DNA of 63,108 bases, filler included, from Rhabdomonas costata (GCA_019059605.1; 52 parts of 52 records of this genome joined end to end with filler, not necessarily neighbours in it), one strand, 5' to 3'; counted from the whole stretch's first letter, positions 10,130-23,760 are shown. Notes: a model not told the origin generated them from the letters alone. Program-made: numbers and translations.

Positions 10130-13100
10130 GTCGCTGCCTCCCGAGTTCAGCAGCAGGAGCCACCTCTGGCTAAAGATGAGGTTTGCAGTGAAGGCTCCAC
10201 AGAGCCCATGACGGAACACAAATTGGGTCATTCCAATCCAGCTGCAGTTCGTGATCAGCAGGAGCCAGCCGAAACCAGCGGCATTCCATCTCGATTACCT
10301 CCAGCTGAGACAGCTTTCAGTCTTCAGGAACCAGCTACGGATTCGGAACCTCAGCCGCCGGCATGGGCGAGGACGACACAACAAGGAGAACGCTCCGGTA
10401 ACCTGTATTCCCTGGAATTCCACACGTGGCGGCCAACATGGAGGAAGACTCCAGCGCCAACCCCTAGGCATTCCCGAACACTCATCCACAACACACAGCC
10501 AGAGTTGACCTCTCCTAGTAGGTGGATGTTCGGCACACCGTGCTTTTGGACGCCACCGGGAAGGCTGTCGCTCGCTGCAGCCAGCTGAGAGTCGAGCAAG
10601 CCGTGGATCTGACGGAAGGCTCGCAGAGTCTCCGCCTATCAAGTAGTGATACCTACAGCGTACTGCAGGAGATGGGACTTGGAGAACTTCCTGCCGACCC
10701 AGATGATCAAGCGGTAGCTGACAAGGACGAGATGGTGCAGCCCTCCCTGAATCTGAAAGGAACCTCTCGCCTTGCAGTCCAACCAGCAGTCCTGCAGCTC
10801 CGAGCACCGCCCTGCATGGCCTTGGAGGTGCGCGACGAAGACAGCCTGNNNNNNNNNNNNNNNNNNNNNNNNNNNNNNNNNNNNNNNNNNNNTTAATTAA
10901 TTAANNNNNNNNNNNNNNNNNNNNNNNNNNNNNNNNNNNNNNNNNNNNGTTTTTTTTTCCTATCCAGCGAAATTGGTAGGGCAACCACACAAGGTAAGAA
11001 AAGACGACCAACCACAACATCTCGAGGGAATGGTGGTGGAAGTGGTAGAAAGAACCTACACTGAGACGCATCCACCAAGAGGGAGCATACACGTACCGGG
11101 ACAGGCGCACGGAGGCGCTGTGCACACGCACTGGTACACCACCCGAACTTAGCTGCGCTGGGAGGGCCCTGCTCAGCAATAGCAATAATTCTGTATCTTC
11201 TCTCTCCCCTCTTTCTCTTTCCCTCGTGGGACAATTTTGGAACAAAATGCCCATACAATTTCGCTGGATAGGAAAACAAAATTGAAGACCCAGATGTTAA
11301 TTTATGAGCAAGTTTTGGCTATGTTGCGTATTTTTGGGCTATGTTTACACACTCCTCATATACTCAAGATGAGTACGAAGTAAGTTGTTGCGATGCGATG
11401 CGAATTAGCGGGTGACTTTAGAAATTCTGCACTGCAACAATCCTTTTCCCAGCAAAAGGGATAGGAAAAGCACGCTTCATCGCACATGTGTAATCACCAA
11501 TCTCCCGCATAAATAAAGCAATCACTGTGTGACGGCTCTGAAAAAAAGCGGCGAGGTGGGAACCGATGAACATGGGACACAAAGGAAAAGGCAAATATCG
11601 GATAACCAAACAAAAAGCCGTGTGACAGCTAGTTTGGGGTTGCGCACGTGCGGGCAACGTACAGGCTGAAAAAGCACCGGCATTCTCCAATGAGCGCCCT
11701 GGACCGGGCATGAAGGATGAGACGGAAAAAACCAACAGCGCACACAGAAACGTTGAACGTCATCTTTGTGCATTCACATACACGCGTGCGCACAACCCCA
11801 AAAGACGATTGTGTGAAACACAAACACAAACAGAGAGGGCACGTGAAGGCAAAACGCCATACACTTACGAGAATGAACCTCATGTAAAAAGCCACAGTAA
11901 AATCGAATCGAAGTTTTCAACAGCCCGGATTCCGCACTTCCCTTCCGCCGCACAAGGGACATTGACATTACCAGGCCACTGACCACGTGCGACGAGCAGG
12001 CAGTGTTTGCATTCGTCCTCGTAGCCTCACAGCACGAAACCATGAAACGAGTCTAAAAAAAAACNNNNNNNNNNNNNNNNNNNNNNNNNNNNNNNNNNNN
12101 NNNNNNNNTTAATTAATTAANNNNNNNNNNNNNNNNNNNNNNNNNNNNNNNNNNNNNNNNNNNNTGGTTTTTCAATCAACAGTACCGCAATCAACACCAG
12201 TTACTGTTTGTCCATTGAAATGAGCGTTACTGTTGATTGAAAATCCACCATTACTAGCAGCAGCAAAAATTGCTGTTGGCGTGGGACCAGGTGGACAGCG
12301 TGCGTTCAGTTCCCTGTTGAGGGAAGGTAGGGCTCAGACGTTTGCAGGGCCTCAAATGCTGGGACCCTTGAGAAACAAACCCGAAAAGGCCCTCAACGAA
12401 AAAGATAAAGAACCTTGTAGAGGTCATATCTCGGTATAGTGAAGGAATCGAAGGCCTAGAGGTCAACCAACTCATCTGAGAACTACGATATATTAAATAA
12501 GAGCCCCAGCCCGCCACTCGAGGATATTAAATCAGTGTTAGGTCACCAGTCGGGTCCAATTCTTTCAGGGAGTGATAATGGGGAACGTCAACCAGCTAAT
12601 AGGGTGACGAACAGGGCAATCGCTCCAAACACATTCTTTCAAAAAAAATTCGGTCGGACCGCTGCACGCACAGCGTTGGTTGTAGGTACCCGCACAAGGA
12701 AGTGCCCGGCGATGCCCGGTTTTAGGCGCTGAGCTTGGGGGGGGGTATGCTCACGGTCCCGCCACGACTATTGGTGAAGGTCGGGAGCTGAAGAGGCAAG
12801 GTAGGCCCACCTGAAAGGGCCCCCACAACACCGATCAACAAAAGCTGTAGATTTTGCATCTAGCAGACGCAACGATACAATCCTGACGACGACAAACAGT
12901 CAGTAAAAAACTGATGTCAAACAACACCTCGGATCTGCCTCAGCTTTTTCCAGCATCGCCGCCTCACAGGGGTGGAAGGTCCAGCGGTCAACCAGCAGAA
13001 GAGGAGGGAAGTTGTATCGCTCGTAGCGACACCCCGTGATGCACATAATCTACCCCATGGGGGAAAAATCAAAATCTTCCCAGTAGCACATCCACTCTCT

Positions 13101-14955
13101 ACCTCCCTCAAAGCGACATCGGTATCCGTGCAAACGTTCACGTGTACGCGACAATAGCCAATGAGCTTTCGCTCCTGGGCTCGCCCTTCTGCACTTCACT
13201 TCTTGGCAAATAAAAAAAGCAATTCTGGAAAGAAGCACGAGCTGAGAAGGGGTCACCCAATCCAACCAAAGTTACCCCACNNNNNNNNNNNNNNNNNNNN
13301 NNNNNNNNNNNNNNNNNNNNNNNNTTAATTAATTAANNNNNNNNNNNNNNNNNNNNNNNNNNNNNNNNNNNNNNNNNNNNCCTGCGAAGGCCCCCCAGAC
13401 ACACGCCCTGCCAATGCAGCCCCTTGCAGGAGTTCATACAACTGGAATGTTCAGCGCAACTTTTTCAAGTGGCAGGCTGTGCGGCCAACCATTCTGGCTG
13501 GAGTTTTCGTTCTATCGTGTTCGTTAACCACTTTTTATCCGAGAGCTCGACTTCGTGCAGTCCAGTGGTGCTACCGTGTCCACCACTGCATTGCTGTCTG
13601 AAGGGAACCCAGGGAACTCCTCCCATGGTAGGACACCAGCAAAGACAATGTCCAAGTTCAGTGTCCAAAGTCCGGCACAGCACCGAAGACTAGCAAAGTT
13701 GTGCACACCTAGCCACACAATGCACCCTATGAGGAGACAGGCCAATACACCAAATCACCTTCACAGGCAGTTTCAAAGCTCCCCTATCTCTCACGTCTAA
13801 CCTTGAACCAAGCCGTTCATCACCACCTGACGAAATATGTTGGCAACACATAGGAACCACCAAATAAGGTGAGTATCACCGAATCACACACCTTCAGCCA
13901 AAAAGAAGGACTCGCGCTCAAGGTTCTGGTGGCGCTGTAGCGGTTCGAAGCGATCCTGAAGTTCGGGGTCCTCTGAGCCCTGGACGTGCTCCCGAACCAC
14001 CGCCACAATGGCGTTCCATTTGCTTCCCTTTGAGAAAGACGCAAAGTTATTCAGAACGATCTATCCCGAGACCACCGTTCAGGGATCCTTCTGGTATGAA
14101 GTCCTCCCAAATCACGATGGTCGGTACCGCTACCGCACCTAACCCCGACAAAAGAGTTCTTGGTGTCCAGGGAACGATGGTGTCACCGTGGGTCGTGAGT
14201 GGCCAAGAACGTCTCCTGATGAGTGGGAGGGGGGGGTTGTGTGCATTGACTGGGTGTGCAACGAGTTCCACCGGCACATTCAAAACATAACAAAAGGCAT
14301 ACCGCATTAAGCAGCTTCATGGCAAATGCCAGGGAGTCGGACTTCTTCATTTTACTCACCAGAAGCCCAATTATCGTGTTGAGCTCAGCGGAAGCGGGGT
14401 CGTCCGAGCCCTCGATAAGAGGCTTGTACCCACCCAGAAGGTCTCCGATTTCTGTCTCGGAATGCACCGTGATGATATCCAGCTTCTGCCGGTACANNNN
14501 NNNNNNNNNNNNNNNNNNNNNNNNNNNNNNNNNNNNNNNNTTAATTAATTAANNNNNNNNNNNNNNNNNNNNNNNNNNNNNNNNNNNNNNNNNNNNGTGT
14601 TGGGTGTGGTTGGGTTTGGGTGTATGTGACCCACATCCTTCCTTCAGAACCTGCTCTGGTAGTGAGGAAAGCCACAATTCGTTCAGAAACGCTTCAATGA
14701 TTCATTAAAAGCAAAAAGACGAAAGCAGTCCTGACACGTGCCAAGCCGCCGACACGTCTCACGAGACGAGCTGAGACGCGACGCCCGCGAATACGCAACA
14801 CAATACTGTCGAAGAAGATTCCTCGCAGTGTGACCAGGCAAAAGGACAAGGATCTTCCACAGAAGTGCCCCAAGCCTTAATTCACTGAAGTAGTCCATTC
14901 CCCATCCAATCTCTCCAATCCAACATCCACATCCACACGATGCACGCAGACAGAC

Positions 14956-15354
14956 CGAGGTTCACGGCACAGCCAAAGCCGCAGCGGCGGCGCAGAGCCG
15001 GCCCGAGCCCAGAGCTCCCGCAGCCCACCACCAGCACCGCTGCCTGGGAGCGCTCCTCAGCGGTGGTAGGAAAGTATGGCTGCAGCCCCACCCCTTCCCA
15101 ATCACACCCGCTCACGACTGCAGCGTGCTTAACGATCTCCTTAGCAACGTTTCCTTTCATTCATTCCTATCGTCACAGCGATAACCAACCAAATCGTGTG
15201 AAAGGCTTACCACTATACGTCACTAACAGGCACTGCCAGTTCCAGACACCTCCAGGAGGGGCAGACACTCGTCGGCTTCAAAGTACCAGTCCTGGCTCTT
15301 GGACATCGACTCGCTCTGGTACAAGGCCTCCCAGTACTCCCTACGGTGGTACAT
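14956..15354 (-). CDS. Class I SAM-dependent methyltransferase, METTL13/EEF1AKMT4-like N-terminal region; exons ~15250-15354 and 14956-15139
   Basis: YHRREYWEALYQSESMSKSQDWYF (YWxxxY...DWY motif) splices in phase 0 to ...VLVVGCGSSGLGPALRRRCGFGCAVNL (motif I, VxGCGxS). GT-AG intron at 15140-15249. The 5' boundary is uncertain. Confidence 0.75.
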
Positions 15355-18300
15355 CTCTTGGCTGCTCTTCTCGAAACGCTCACTTTCACCATAACAGCAA
15401 TACCATCGGCATCCCAAGAAACAGAGACCACTGAAAGACAAAAGTGTCAAAAGGGTAAGAAAATGGAAAGGCAGCAGACGAGATCGGGGATAGTTGCAGG
15501 TCCTGGGTTCATCAAGTTATAAAGAAGGCAGTAATGTGTCTCTTTTCCACCAAAAACAGCTTTGGACCGCCCAAAAACGAACGAAAATTTTTTTAAAAAT
15601 CCGGTTTCAGGTCTGATTTCTGTACTCCAAAATGTGCACGAGGCAGGGAACCACAAAGAGGAAGTGAACTACTCCCCCATTTCTGCAGCAGAGCCTTTCC
15701 CCCACAAAAAANNNNNNNNNNNNNNNNNNNNNNNNNNNNNNNNNNNNNNNNNNNNTTAATTAATTAANNNNNNNNNNNNNNNNNNNNNNNNNNNNNNNNN
15801 NNNNNNNNNNNGGGTGGGTTTAACGCTGAAGGTTTAAAAAGCCCTGCTGAGCGGTTTTTGTCTCTTGTAGATTTTTGGAACTGCCTTTGCCCCCTAAAAA
15901 TACAAGAGTGCCCTTTTCAGGGAGTCACAGCTTTGGTCTTGGGGTTTAGGTTCACACGAGTCCTCTACTTGGTTTGGCGATTCACCTGCTTTTTCTATGT
16001 TAATTGCCAAAGGCTAGTGAGGCGCGCCTTCTCTACTGCAAACTGATTGTCGTTCTCGTGGAATAAGTCCTTACTGCCCCCCCCCCCATCCCAATGTTCC
16101 CCAGCTTGTTTTTGTTAACATGAAGCCTGCCTACACTCCGGCGAGAGAGAGAGAGAGAGAGAGAGGGAAAGGGTGCAGAAGGGATCCCGTGTGCAGGACT
16201 TTAGGGAATTCTGGAGACAAAATGATGGAAAGGGGTTTTCCTTTCTGGAAAGGTGGTCATTTCTGTTCTTATTTCATTTTGATTTCAATCACCGGCGGCC
16301 TAATTGCTGAATTAGAAAGAAAGGATATACCTTCGCCACAAGATTCTATATCTTCTACTTCAGTGCAATTTTGTGTCACAGTTGCGAATTCCTGCATTAC
16401 CAGAAGGTCCCGGAGGTCACCCTGGGAGGACATCTCAGCTTCTCACAGCGGCTTTGGAGGAGCCTCGGACCTCTCCGTGAAATCCTCAGCACGACGGGTT
16501 CTTTCCACACGTGGCTTTGGCTACTCTACCGGGAGCATCCCCTTTCCCTCGTACACCGCTTGACCCTCGTTTTCTCACTGGACCTTTTGCGCCGTCGCGA
16601 TGTACCCCATGCCAATGATTTGATGTCGTTTCTTCCTTGGTTGTTGCTTTTGTCTTTGTTCTCACACGCCCTCTTCTCAGCTTTTTTTTGCGGTGGTTTA
16701 AGATCCAGCTGTGCCGTAGGTCAAAGTGTGTGCCCTCCCGAGGCTGTGATTTTTGTTCAGAAACCTCAGTCTTTGGGCAATGCAGGCCTAGACGTTGAGA
16801 AGGTTAGCCTTTTCTCACTGGGCACTTTGCCCCTCACCCTTTATCCACCTTCCCAACCACCCATCGACCACACTCACTGTTTCATCTTTGTCAATAGGTT
16901 GTCACCCCCACCCCCAAACACACAACCNNNNNNNNNNNNNNNNNNNNNNNNNNNNNNNNNNNNNNNNNNNNTTAATTAATTAANNNNNNNNNNNNNNNNN
17001 NNNNNNNNNNNNNNNNNNNNNNNNNNNTTTTGTGTGAATAGTTGCGAACGAGGTCCGCGCAACTCCTCACGGCGAGAGTCCTTCGGCGATTTCTTGGGAA
17101 GGTACTGTCTTTTTTATACAGAAGCCCCACATTGGGATCAGTTTTCTTTCCCAAAGAGGATGAGTGGTCTTGATAACCTGTGGCGGTTCCTTTCATCTCC
17201 AGTTACTGCGCTAGGCTTAGTGCATTGGGGAGCTCCTGGGGAGAAGCCTGTCGGCGAAAAGTGTCAGGTGACGCACGAGTCAAGGCGGCACAAGTGCGAA
17301 AGCCGTGAAAGCCGTGCGAAGACGCCCCCTCCATCCTCTGTGGAAGAAGGTCGTTTTTGGCCGATGAAATACTTGATTCCACGGACCAGCGTGATGAAGG
17401 CAGGTGTGGTATTTGAATTCGAATTGCAGCTCTTTCCCAACAACAATTGGGCAATAGCAAAGTGCTTTTGGGAATCCCCTTTTCAGTCGCACCATTAAAG
17501 CTGAAAGTGATCCCTGAAGAAGACAATACAACACTCATGTGTTTCGCGTGGAGATTTCGGGGCAATCTCGGTCGGGTGCGGTGGCGGTGCTGCCCAGGGC
17601 GTGACCCAGTGGATCGGCAGCTGTTGGGGGCGGCGCAGTGCGCGGCCCAGGTGCTGCTGCGGGATCAGCGATCCTCCCCGGGAAGCCGCAGCCTAAATGT
17701 CTTTCTGGCTCTCAGCGGCGGCGATGGAGAGACCGAGGCCGGGGGACAGAGGGAGACGGGCAACGCCCCTTCGTCGCGCTTTGTCACGGGTAACGTCCCC
17801 ACCACCAGCACCACCACCTCGACCACCACAAAGGCCAAATAGCACAAAAAAAGGGGGGGGGGGTAAAGTAAGGCACAGTTTCCACAAGTCGGCAGCCAAA
17901 AGATGATTAAACTCAGCACCAATCCCGGATGATGACCATCTTGCATTTACCCCCTCCCTCATTCTCCCTGGCCGACTTTTGGAACTGCTCATATCAGATA
18001 TATCTATGCATTCCTTTTGGTGTCGCGGCAGTTGGGGGCTTTTTTTGCTAGCCTTTTCGATTGAGCTGCAGCTGATGTTTTAGGGCAGCGGCGCGAAGGC
18101 CCTATCCCGGTCCCAAGCTGTAAACTTGAAACAACCCCCCCCNNNNNNNNNNNNNNNNNNNNNNNNNNNNNNNNNNNNNNNNNNNNTTAATTAATTAANN
18201 NNNNNNNNNNNNNNNNNNNNNNNNNNNNNNNNNNNNNNNNNNGTGGGGTGGGGCAACGGTGTGGAATTCCAGCGAATGGGACTCGGACAAGCGGCCAGCT

Positions 18301-18751
18301 TGGAAGTCACAAGGAGAATCCCGCTCTGTTCTGAGGCCAGGACCCAGCTCCAGGCGTAAAGGATCTCCAAATAGAAGGGACGTGATAGTCACTTAGAAAA
18401 TTGGGGTGTTTTTGAAAATAGAATGTCCTCAATACTCAGCTCCCTTTTGGGGAATTGATGAATCGGACTTGAACGGTGAGAGAATCAAGATTTAGGATGA
18501 GTGTCTGAAGTTGTCGGGGAAGGTAAATAAAAGTACAGGGGTGCCCATTGCCTGTCATAAAGAACAAACCACCACCATCACTGGTCGATTAATTAATGTC
18601 CTGTGGGCAATGTCCTGTGTGTAATTAATGTCCTGTGGGTGTCACGTCTGGCGCTCCTTGAGCCCCTCCTTCACTGCTGGTAGTTCACCGGAGATCAGGA
18701 TATTTAACTGAGGGAGAGAACTCTTTCAAACCGGGGGCCACCCACTCACAC

Positions 18752-18952
18752 CTGGTATTTCTGCTCGTCGAAGGGCACCTTGTCCTCGCCTCTGCGCACC
18801 GCCCCGGCGCCCAGAGCGCCCAGCACCAGCACGTCCGCCTTGAGGGAGGTGCAGGCGTCGACGATGGCGCGGCGGCGGTTCTCGCTGGCGGGAAGCTCCT
18901 TCACCTCAAACGCCGCCTTGGCGGAGTACGTGCCCTTGGCGTCAGAGGCCAC
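18752..18952 (-). CDS. Exon encoding the C-terminal half of a universal stress protein (USP/UspA) domain
   Basis: 201-nt phase 0-0 exon (tacAG acceptor, CAG|GTGTGA donor). AIVDACTSLKADVLVLGALGAGAVRR matches the USP IxxxAxxxxADLIVxGxxGxG motif. Confidence 0.65.
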
Positions 18953-19218
18953 CTGTACCGCATAGCACACCAACAACCACCAACAGTTCTTGTTCCCTCA
19001 ATGCTGTAAAAAAAGGGGGGGGGGCCGAAAACTACCACCGCTGCTACTGCTTAAACACCAGTTGGGCTGAAGATGTCACGTTACGAACCAACGCAAGAAT
19101 CGGCCCACAGAGCCAAACAAAGCCAGCCTGTGCCTGTGGGGGAACAGGGGCAGCGGGGAGGCGGGTGACTCTGAGAGGATGCGGAGGGGGCGGATGCGGC
19201 CAGAGTATAGGCACACAC

Positions 19219-19358
19219 CACATCGCCATCTCCGACAGCAGCGGGGGCTGGCTCCGGTTTAGGTAGTACCGCCGTGTGGCGTTGGGCATGAACCCGTAGC
19301 GCTGCACCAGGCTTACCAGGTTCCGGATCAGCCCCAGAGCCAGCTCCTCCATCCCGCA
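19219..19358 (-). CDS. Trehalase (glycoside hydrolase family 37) exon fragment
   Basis: LIRNLVSLVQRYGFMPNATRRYYLNRSQPPLLSEM contains the GH37 signature PNxxRxYYLNRSQPP. It is followed by a GTGTGT donor. Confidence 0.9.
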
Positions 19359-19713
19359 NNNNNNNNNNNNNNNNNNNNNNNNNNNNNNNNNNNNNNNNNN
19401 NNTTAATTAATTAANNNNNNNNNNNNNNNNNNNNNNNNNNNNNNNNNNNNNNNNNNNNGGTTGTTGGTGGGAGCAGACGCTGCGGCAATATCCGAGTAAA
19501 ACGTAAACGCAAACGAAACGGAACTGCTACACACAGAAGAACCAAGAACAAAAAGCTTTTTTCTTTCGAAATGGCCTACCCATCATTGGGGCGGCGTCTC
19601 CCTCCGTGTCGCTCTACTTTTTTCTTTTGTTTTCGCTAGTGCTGAGCTTTCTTTGCGCTGAAAATTCAGTCCACGGTGGAGACCCTTCATAACTGCTTCG
19701 GCGCCGACTGGGA

Positions 19714-20062
19714 TGGTACCATGACGGCGGTGTCCTTGTGGGCGACGCCAAAACTCTGATGGCCATGTTGGAGTTCGAATCATTTTCCTCGCTGGGGCTG
19801 CACGTGAACCTGTCCAAATGCAAATTGTGGAGCCCCAGTGGTTTGCGTGAGGAGACAGCCCTGCTCAACCGTGCTGACTGGTCAACGCCACAGTCGTGCT
19901 AGAGCAGCAGAGAAATGGTGCTCCTCCAGCAAGTTCACACCAAGCATCACGGGGCACTGGAGTTGCTGCCAAAGTTCCCGGATCCTCATGTTGCCGTTGC
20001 CCTATTGCGTTACTGTCTAGGCGCACAAAAGGTGAACCACCTGCTTCGGGTCCTATGGTCTC
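19714..20062 (+). mobile_element. Degenerate reverse transcriptase and thumb of a CRE-clade (RLE-type) non-LTR retrotransposon
   Basis: WYHDGGVLVG (decayed WYxDDG)...LGLHVNLSKCKLWSP, then DPHVAVALLRYCLGAQKVNHLLR. Both are typical CRE/SLACS-like motifs. The reading frame is interrupted. Confidence 0.8.
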
Positions 20063-22092
20063 CAGATTTCAGGGACGTTGTCGACCAGACCACGGAGGAC
20101 AAACCTCGCATGCGCACAGAGTTTTTTCCCTTTCTGCAAGAGCCTTCTTCCCTCGCGGGGACCAAGTGCCATGTTTAGAGTGCGCGGTGCTCAACAAGCA
20201 GGTTTGATTCATTCAAACAAACCCGCAACATCGATACAGAATGCCGGTGGTTTTTCCCAGACTCCCTAATTTAAACAACACACCACCTTTTTCAGCAGTT
20301 GTTGAAGCAAAAGGAACGGGGCGGGTGGCGGGGGGGGGGAGGACCAACTGGCCTACAAACATGCCGTGGACCTCCCTCCAGGCATTCCGGCAGGCCAGTA
20401 TGTCACCTGTGAGGTGACGGCAGAGGTCGCACGGCGCCTCAGCTCTCGTCGGAACTTCCCCTAGCACAGCAAGTCCAAGCTGAGCTTGGCCTGGGAGCCC
20501 ATGTTCCCTGGCAAAAACCGACGCATATCCTTTGTTTCTGACACAAACAATCACCGCGTGACGTTCCCAACACCNNNNNNNNNNNNNNNNNNNNNNNNNN
20601 NNNNNNNNNNNNNNNNNNTTAATTAATTAANNNNNNNNNNNNNNNNNNNNNNNNNNNNNNNNNNNNNNNNNNNNGTTGGGGGGGTGCGGAGTGTTGTTAG
20701 GCGATGTGTGGAATAACAAGTGTAACAACGTTTTACGGTTTTGGGCGAAAAAACTTGATTTCTTTTTCCAATTTCTTGGTCGTTCCCACGGAGTATTTTC
20801 CACTGGCTAAAATTGTTCCTTGCTGTGGGCGCTGAGGCGCTGAGGCTGCCTGGGCGGGACTTCGGGTCTTCCGTGACATTACTCCAAAAAAAAAACACGC
20901 AGTTTGGACCTGCGGTGGCGGAGTCCTCAACACTGATCACTGATTTCACTTGGCGTATAACGACGGTATCCGGTATAGCATCTTTGCACCGAACGCTAAC
21001 GAACGCTATTCCGTTTAACACCCCTCCGCCTCAAAAGTGCCCCGAACCCCAATGGGGAGGGTGAGAATGGTGACAAGTAACAGGCGATATACTTAACGTA
21101 TGTTGGTGGGCCAGTCGCATACTGCGCACTCATGAGAGGAGTGGCACGCAGGCGGCGCTTTTCTGCGGGAGAAAATCCTTTGAGTAAAGGCTCTGTGTGT
21201 GTATGTCTGTGTTTGATAGGGCTCAGAATACTGTCGCCGTGACTCTGCGGGCGAGCGTGACCACTGTAGGGGAGTCGCGGTACAGCTTCTGCTATCTCCA
21301 CCAGTCGGTCGTTTCGAAGATTGCGGAGCTGGTGGTTGGGAACCCAGCCTATCGTACGCCCCCCCCCCACTGCCCTCTCCCGAGTTATGGGCCTCCCTCT
21401 CTATTTCACTCTACTATATTTGTCTAATTCCTCTTTCAGATGGTCGTTGTTGGTGGACATATGGACGGCTTTTCCGGCTACCCACCGAAATGAAGGATCT
21501 GTATTCCATTCTTCCCTCCACCAAACCCGAATTGATGCCCTAATTCTGTTGCGGGACACCCGTCATTTTTTCTTGTCTGTCTGGATATGCTACCTATGTA
21601 ACCCTCCTGCCATGGTCGTGTGCACCCGCATATTTTGTGGTGGTCACTTGCGTGTTAACAGCCCGTCACTCCCCTCTGCACTCCATTCGTTTCGTTTTAA
21701 ATGTTTGGCATTACTTTACTATTGTGCCCAAAGGGTATAGGCAAGTTCCCGGGGGGAACCCCCTCCTGGTTTAAGTCTCCCAAACCCCCANNNNNNNNNN
21801 NNNNNNNNNNNNNNNNNNNNNNNNNNNNNNNNNNTTAATTAATTAANNNNNNNNNNNNNNNNNNNNNNNNNNNNNNNNNNNNNNNNNNNNGGGTTGGGTT
21901 GTCACCGGGTATGATGGTCTATGGCCAGTGGTCTTTTAGATTTGAATTGTAGATTGTAGTGTGCCAGTACGCATCTGTGTCTTTGGGTGTGTGATTTGGC
22001 GTCTCTGCAACCTTTGTGTGTGTTACATCTGTCATTAAGAACCCTTTTAGTCCTTTGGGTCGTCCTGGACTCGCCGCGTCTGCAGCATATAG

Positions 22093-22835
22093 CAGTGCTG
22101 CTGGCTTTGGGTGGGTGAGGGCGTCGGTGACTGCGCAGACATGTCGGTGGTGGTCGATCTGCTGCTCTCGCTGACCCTGTACTCCTCCGACGCGCGCACC
22201 AAATGGCACCGCTCCCCTCTGTGCCTGCGACTGCTTCAGATGGTGTGCCCCTTCTTTTCCTTTCCCTGTTGTTTGCTTTCCCTTTTTGTCTGTTGTGGGC
22301 CATTCTGCGTCTTGTTCCCAAGCGAAAAGGGCTGGTGAAGAATCATCAATTTGAAACTTCATCAGAGGATAAGAGATAACTGGTTGGAACTGGACTTTGG
22401 TGGTCGAATCGCAGCAGTTATGGTTTGGACTTGTGCTGGATCCCTTCAGGAGGTGTCCGCAGTCTTGTAGTTTACATGGAAATAAATGGCGTGCGTGGCA
22501 TTTCACGACCCTTCAGCCTTTTTGACTCCCTTAAACCCTTGTTAAACCGATAAATCCGATAAAACCGATAAACCCCACCCCAAGACAAACGGAAACTCAT
22601 GCAGAATATGGTTGATTTCGAAACACATAGCAACATTTCAGCGGAGTCCAATTCCGCCTTTCCCAGTGTGTATTTGGTGCGTAGCGTTTGTGCTGAGGTG
22701 GGTATCGCTTTTCTGGGCTGCAGTCGTCGTGGCACCTCTTCCGAAAAGTGTCCCCACACCTCACCGAGGACACCGTGAAGCCCATCCTGGACCTCCTCAA
22801 GGAGCCCCTCAGTGCCCTCGCTGTGGGAGACAACG
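22093..22835 (+). CDS. MYBBP1A / DNA polymerase phi (Pol5)-like protein; exons ~22093-22242 and 22724-22835
   Basis: SVVVDLLLSL...LRLLQM|SSWHLFRKVSPHLTEDTVKPILDLLKEP joins in phase 0 over a GT-AG intron. It resembles MYBBP1A VLVEILLxLL...LMRxVAxxVFxxICxHLTxxALQLILDVL. Confidence 0.6.
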
Positions 22836-23613
22836 GTGTGCGCAGTTGTGTGTGTGTGTGTGTTCTTGGGTTGTTTTATATGTTGTACTTATGCTCCCAC
22901 TGCGCACACATACCAGCGGAGAACGAAGTACCCGCCCCATATTGATATGTCCACCCAAGAAACCCGGGTTCTCGCAGCTTTGTCTTTGACCCACCACANN
23001 NNNNNNNNNNNNNNNNNNNNNNNNNNNNNNNNNNNNNNNNNNTTAATTAATTAANNNNNNNNNNNNNNNNNNNNNNNNNNNNNNNNNNNNNNNNNNNNGT
23101 TTGTGGGGATGAAGCGAAGCTTCGGGAATGGCTAAGGAGTTATATATTTCTGAGCTTCCTTTAGTGAGTCAGAGTTAGGTCAACTGGACACCTCCCCCTA
23201 GGATTCAGTTATTCAAAGAGTCAGGGTTAGGTAAACTGGCCTCCTCCCAGAAAAAGGAACACTGCCGAAGGTATGCCAGTTATTTTAACCAGTCAAGTTA
23301 GTTTTTTTCCTGGTGAAAATGCCGTCACACCATAATTGAACCTGCGGAAAGTTTTATGCCCCGAGGCGATTCAGGAGATGTGGCTGCTGGTGGAGCTTTG
23401 AACTTTTTTCCATGGCAGCTCGGTGCGCGGCCGCGCTATGCCAGATAGACAAGATGATTCAATGCGCATAAGAGCGACTGAAGCGCGCTGAAGGGGAAAC
23501 TCTGTACTATGCTGCTGTGGGATGCGTTTGGCCCGGTAGACAGAATAAATTCCATGGGCATAAGTAGAGAGAAATTGTGAAGTGGCAGGAATGGGAAATC
23601 AGAGCGAGGCAAC

Positions 23614-23760
23614 CTGTCCAGTAGCCCGTGGAGTGGGACGCCATGCAGAGGCACGTGCCATCTGGCTGGCAAATCCCGTGACCACTGCACGTGCACAGGT
23701 GCTGACACAACTCCCCGTAGTACATCAGTGGGGTGGTGATGCAGCTGCAAGTGCCATCGC
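23614..23760 (-). CDS. EGF-like (tenascin/laminin-type) repeat exon of a probable surface protein
   Basis: 147-nt phase 1-1 exon: DGTCSCITTPLMYYGELCQHLCTCSGHGICQPDGTCLCMASHSTGYWTG (CSGHGxC..GxCxC...GxWxG). Confidence 0.8.

Noticed and set aside
13381-14496. Chain of overlapping minus-strand ORFs suggesting a decayed mobile element
   Set aside because: No RT, recombinase or transposase motif could be recognised.
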